Shown: positions 60,801-64,000 of the stretch, one piece after another
How positions within the stretch are numbered: the first letter of the stretch is position 1
Layout: every line of letters starts with the position of its first letter
Source: Klebsormidium nitens
Lineage: Eukaryota; Plantae; Klebsormidiophyceae
Length of the DNA: 64,000 bases
Assembly: GCA_000708835.1 (NCBI GenBank)
Contig: DF237023.1
Location: 124,001 to 188,000, forward strand
Reading direction: 5' to 3'
Translations under genes and position numbers: made by a program
Notes under the pieces: model-generated
What the model was told of the DNA's origin: nothing
Seen by the model: only the letters and a program-made list of their open reading frames with translations
The model's database searches: none

Positions 60801-62810
60801 AACCTTTAAAGCATTTGGCGTCGGCCCATCTGCGCATCTAGAGAAACTGCTCCCTTTTCTTCGGCGACTATTTTGTCACTACGTTCAAACGCGTCGCTCA
60901 CTAAAGCCCCCTCCGATGTTTCGTACAGCGCCATAGACGTCGTCCGCTCCGGACGGCCCGCCTCCCAGACGCAGCGCGTGCGGGAGTCGCGGCGCTTCAC
61001 GTCGAGGTGCCACGTGGCGGACATCGTGCAGGTCGTGACGTCAGCCATGAAGCAGCCCGCCGCCGGAGGGTGAGGACTGTGACCTAGCTTCAAAGCACTT
61101 TCCGCTGGCATCCTCTCTGCATACTCGGAACATTTTGTCATTTTTGGTGTCTACTTTCTATGCGATGAGGGTCTCGACCTGCGAACAAAAGCGGTTTCTC
61201 AACCCTGGTTCCGGATAAGGTTTGTTTCTGAGAAAGTTCGTTCTGAATCGCTGCTCGCCCAGTCCTTCTCCCGAATGGGGCAAAGCAGCTTGCGTTTCGA
61301 GCGTGCGGGATGCCACTGCGCTCACCTGCCCTTCTTCGGCAACATTCTGCCGGCACTTGTGAGCTCAAGCCCTACCAACCAGTTTTCTGAGAGTTGTCTC
61401 GATATCATGTTGACTAAGGGCCATGTTGACTAAGGAAAGGGCCCGGGGAACGGGTGGGGTTGGTTTGGGGGTTAGGTTGGGTACGGGTGCGGAGGCGTGT
61501 CATTTCTACGGTTTGGGTTTTTAGTTTTGTGTTTCCCCCGAGCACAGTCCTTAGTCAACATGCCCTTAGTCAACATCAAATCGAGAAGTATTTTTATGAG
61601 TACGTCCGATTGTGCACATTCGAGATGGCCGCTGTACACAACCGAGTCTTTCGGAATCTTCCCCCTAAAAGAGTTCCGGCGTGTGTTGCGTAGCCCAGTG
61701 TAATTGAGCAAGCAATGGGTGGCACTCTGAAACAAAAGCGTTCCGAGATATGCCTAGCTATCACACTCGATTACATGGCGGACCGCCCCCAAGGGGCGCC
61801 GGGGCTTGCCTCTTATTTGAGTTATAAGCGATATATTTCTTTTTTGTTTTCGGCGATCTGTTTCGAGAGTGAACCGTGCTGGTTCAAACACTGTATCTGG
61901 AGACATCAATAGTATCGTAGACTAAACTAGTGCCTATACGAGGTACGTTACCAGTGGGCAATCAATCAATCAAATTTGAGGTAACGTAGCCCTGCAAAAA
62001 TGCGGGCCCTTTCGAGAAACATTAAATTTGCGTCGCTCTGCGGGGCAGTCCAAAAGCGGCGCTGTGGCTGGTGTGGCCTAATTTCCCAGAATCGCTGTAC
62101 GTTTTATTGTCGAACACGGGGCAAATGCCGACAAAATCGTCAGACTGGCCACCCTAGCAGCTGATCGCCACGTCGTACAGCCCGGATTTTACAGTAAAAC
62201 TACAACTTGCCGTTTTACTACGTAAGAGGCAAGCCAATATAGATTGTGGTAAACATTAGCTCGTTCGAACCTGAGCCTACTAGAGTTGCGGATTCACTTC
62301 CTGCCTTCAAGGAATATGTCGAACTTTTACAGTCGAGTATACAACGTGGTGGACGGCGACCCGGCGACGAGGCGAGAGGTCGTTACGTATGCCAGGGAGT
62401 TGCTTGAGAGGCGAGAAGCTGTCGAAAGGGTACCGGAGAATTCAACGAAGGCGGCGTGCGTGGAGTCTGATGTAACTGGTGAGGAAAGACCGTCTGGTTC
62501 AGGAGAGTTTGCTGAGGTCAGCAGGCAAGCAGGCACACCGCTTGTCCTTGAAAAAGGAAGCGGAGAGGCGAAAACCGAAGCTCTGGAGCATAGTCGACCT
62601 GCTGTGGATCGACAGCCGGAACGAGAAGAATCTTTGAGTCGCTTGGGTGCTGCGGAAGAGCGGAGAAAGGGCGTTGATGAGAAACGAGTGAAAAATGATC
62701 GGATAAAGCGGGAGTTGGTAGTGACGTTGCTGTTTCCTTCCTACAAAGAAGGATTGGCAGCAATTGCTGACGGAGACCTCCAACCATTTGATGAACATGT
62801 CGGCCTCTGA
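57844..62810 (+). CDS. NAD(P)-binding Rossmann-fold epimerase/dehydratase, YeeZ-like atypical SDR, probable plastid transit peptide (alternative in-frame start 57714); exons 57844-58144, 58406-58507, 58881-58962, 59437-59515, 59850-59889, 60283-60417, 60929-61069, 62333-62810
   Basis: HLFCFGFGYT, WNVTGTCRS, ATHLIASIPP, WIGYLSTTGVYGDWDGAWVDE, RLRAEEAW, VFRLGGIYGPSRSAID, FTSRCHVADI, VYNVVDGDPATRREV, KRVKNDRIKRELVVTLLFPSYKEGL. Splice phases are consistent. Confidence 0.92.
61397..61586. mobile_element. ~190-bp inverted-repeat element in intron 7 of the epimerase gene
   Basis: The left arm TCTCGATATCATGTTGACTAAGGGCCATGTTGACTAAGGA (61397-61436) is nearly the reverse complement of 61548-61586. Each arm carries a tandem ATGTTGACTAAGG doublet; the core is G/T-rich (GGGTTAGGTTGGGT). 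Confidence 0.75.
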
Positions 62811-64000
62811 TCTGCAAAATTTGCTGACATTCTGCACATGGGCCTGCATATTCCATAATCTGACCGCATGCAAGATTACGTGTGCGATGAAGCCCGAAAG
62901 GTGCATCCTGCCGGAGGGTTCACACCCATGCATGCGTGCATGTGATGACCGTCACGTCAAACCCGGCCCGGTATGGATGCGCTTGTGCCTAGCTTTGGCC
63001 ATCTGTATGGCACCAGCTCATCATCCTAGACCGACTAGCTAATCTGTGCATGCATCGGACTACACTGCTCTGCGTTCAAGACTGACTCAGTGATCACGTG
63101 CACCAGACAAATCAAGTGCGATCTTAGAGGAATTGGATGGTCTATTTTTATTGGAGCCTACGAAGTTCAAACTGACGAGACGGTCAGGGCAGCCACAGCG
63201 CCGCGCCATCTGGCACGCAGATCCAACTCAGGCTGCCTACTTATGCACAACCCGCGGCCGCGGTTTAATGGCGCGGTTGCCAATTTTGCTCTTAGTAGAG
63301 CCCATGGGCTGCAAACGGTCTGACATGTTTCAATAGCTGCATCATACTAAATCCTGAATCTAAGTTAACTTCCGTTGAACAGTCGTGATCATTTGATCGT
63401 TCCGATGGTATACATGATCGAGCATTGTGTAGGGCGCGAACCATGCACTTGTGTGCCTAGCCTAGGCGCCCAAGGCTTAAGTTCATGCATGCCAGGTTAG
63501 TAGCTAACTTACAAGACAGGTCCACAGAGTCCGACCTAGTCCGATCGATTCAGTGTACGCACTTTGATTTGGTAAGGTAGCTAGACGTTCAAAACCCAAA
63601 CAATTCCCATGTATGCCATGGAAGCCTATGGCCCATGTGGCTACGGCGTTTGAAAAGAGAACATCATTCAGACCGGCCTACTCCCTGCCTGATACGGATC
63701 ATTGGAGGCGTACGAGATGCATTTAAGTGCAAGGGCTCCTTGCCACAAGATAAACTTGCCAGAAGCGCCTGAGCCTCCAATGACTGGGCTAGATGTACAC
63801 AGATTAACGACAATCAAGTTGACGTGGCTGCATAAGCAAACGTTGAGTAGCCGCCAACTAAGTTCAGAAGTCCTGTCCGTGTTGGGTGTGCCACTGCCGG
63901 TGCAGCAAATCCTGTACAACCTGCGATTATCCGTTGTGCATTTACTCCAAGTCTGCAACAAGCTTCAACGTCAACGTACTCAAACCCACTCTCTGACCGA

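Noticed and set aside
63850-63930. Possible terminal exon (VVQDLLHRQWHTQHGQDF*) of a minus-strand gene entering from beyond the window
   Set aside because: Too short to support without the upstream sequence.

Overview
Intron-rich eukaryotic nuclear DNA with land-plant-like genes, most consistent with a streptophyte green alga (Klebsormidium-like; this is inference). No rRNA, tRNA or CRISPR array was recognised. Housekeeping-type genes: 3' part of UDP-glucose 6-dehydrogenase (+, ends 3670); a TBL/PC-esterase O-acetyltransferase (-, 6645-9667); a 28-kb, 24-exon sacsin-like gene with three HSP90-like SRR repeats and a C-terminal RING (-, 10645-38580, about 5,400-5,500 aa); a plastid NUDT20-like Nudix hydrolase (-, 53200-57410), head-to-head with a YeeZ-like NAD(P)-dependent epimerase/dehydratase (+, about 57844-62810). 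Between about 39.9 and 52.9 kb lies an accessory island. It holds a MITE and a six-exon Crinkler-like gene (header + REase-fold + kinase) whose splice phases all fit but which has one in-frame TAA. It also holds a ~150-bp intron-plus-exon tandem array, an antisense gene fragment inside that gene's intron 4, a decayed and internally deleted direct duplicate of the sacsin 5' end, and another stop-containing gene remnant. Mobile elements: a 5'-truncated L1/Tx1-type LINE (13-bp TSD, structured 3' UTR, G10-A15 tail) nested in a hAT-like MITE, a second MITE, and an inverted-repeat element in an epimerase intron. Two N gaps (11650-11815 and 38854-39666) limit interpretation. All gene models were built by hand from splice signals and motif recall, not from database searches.
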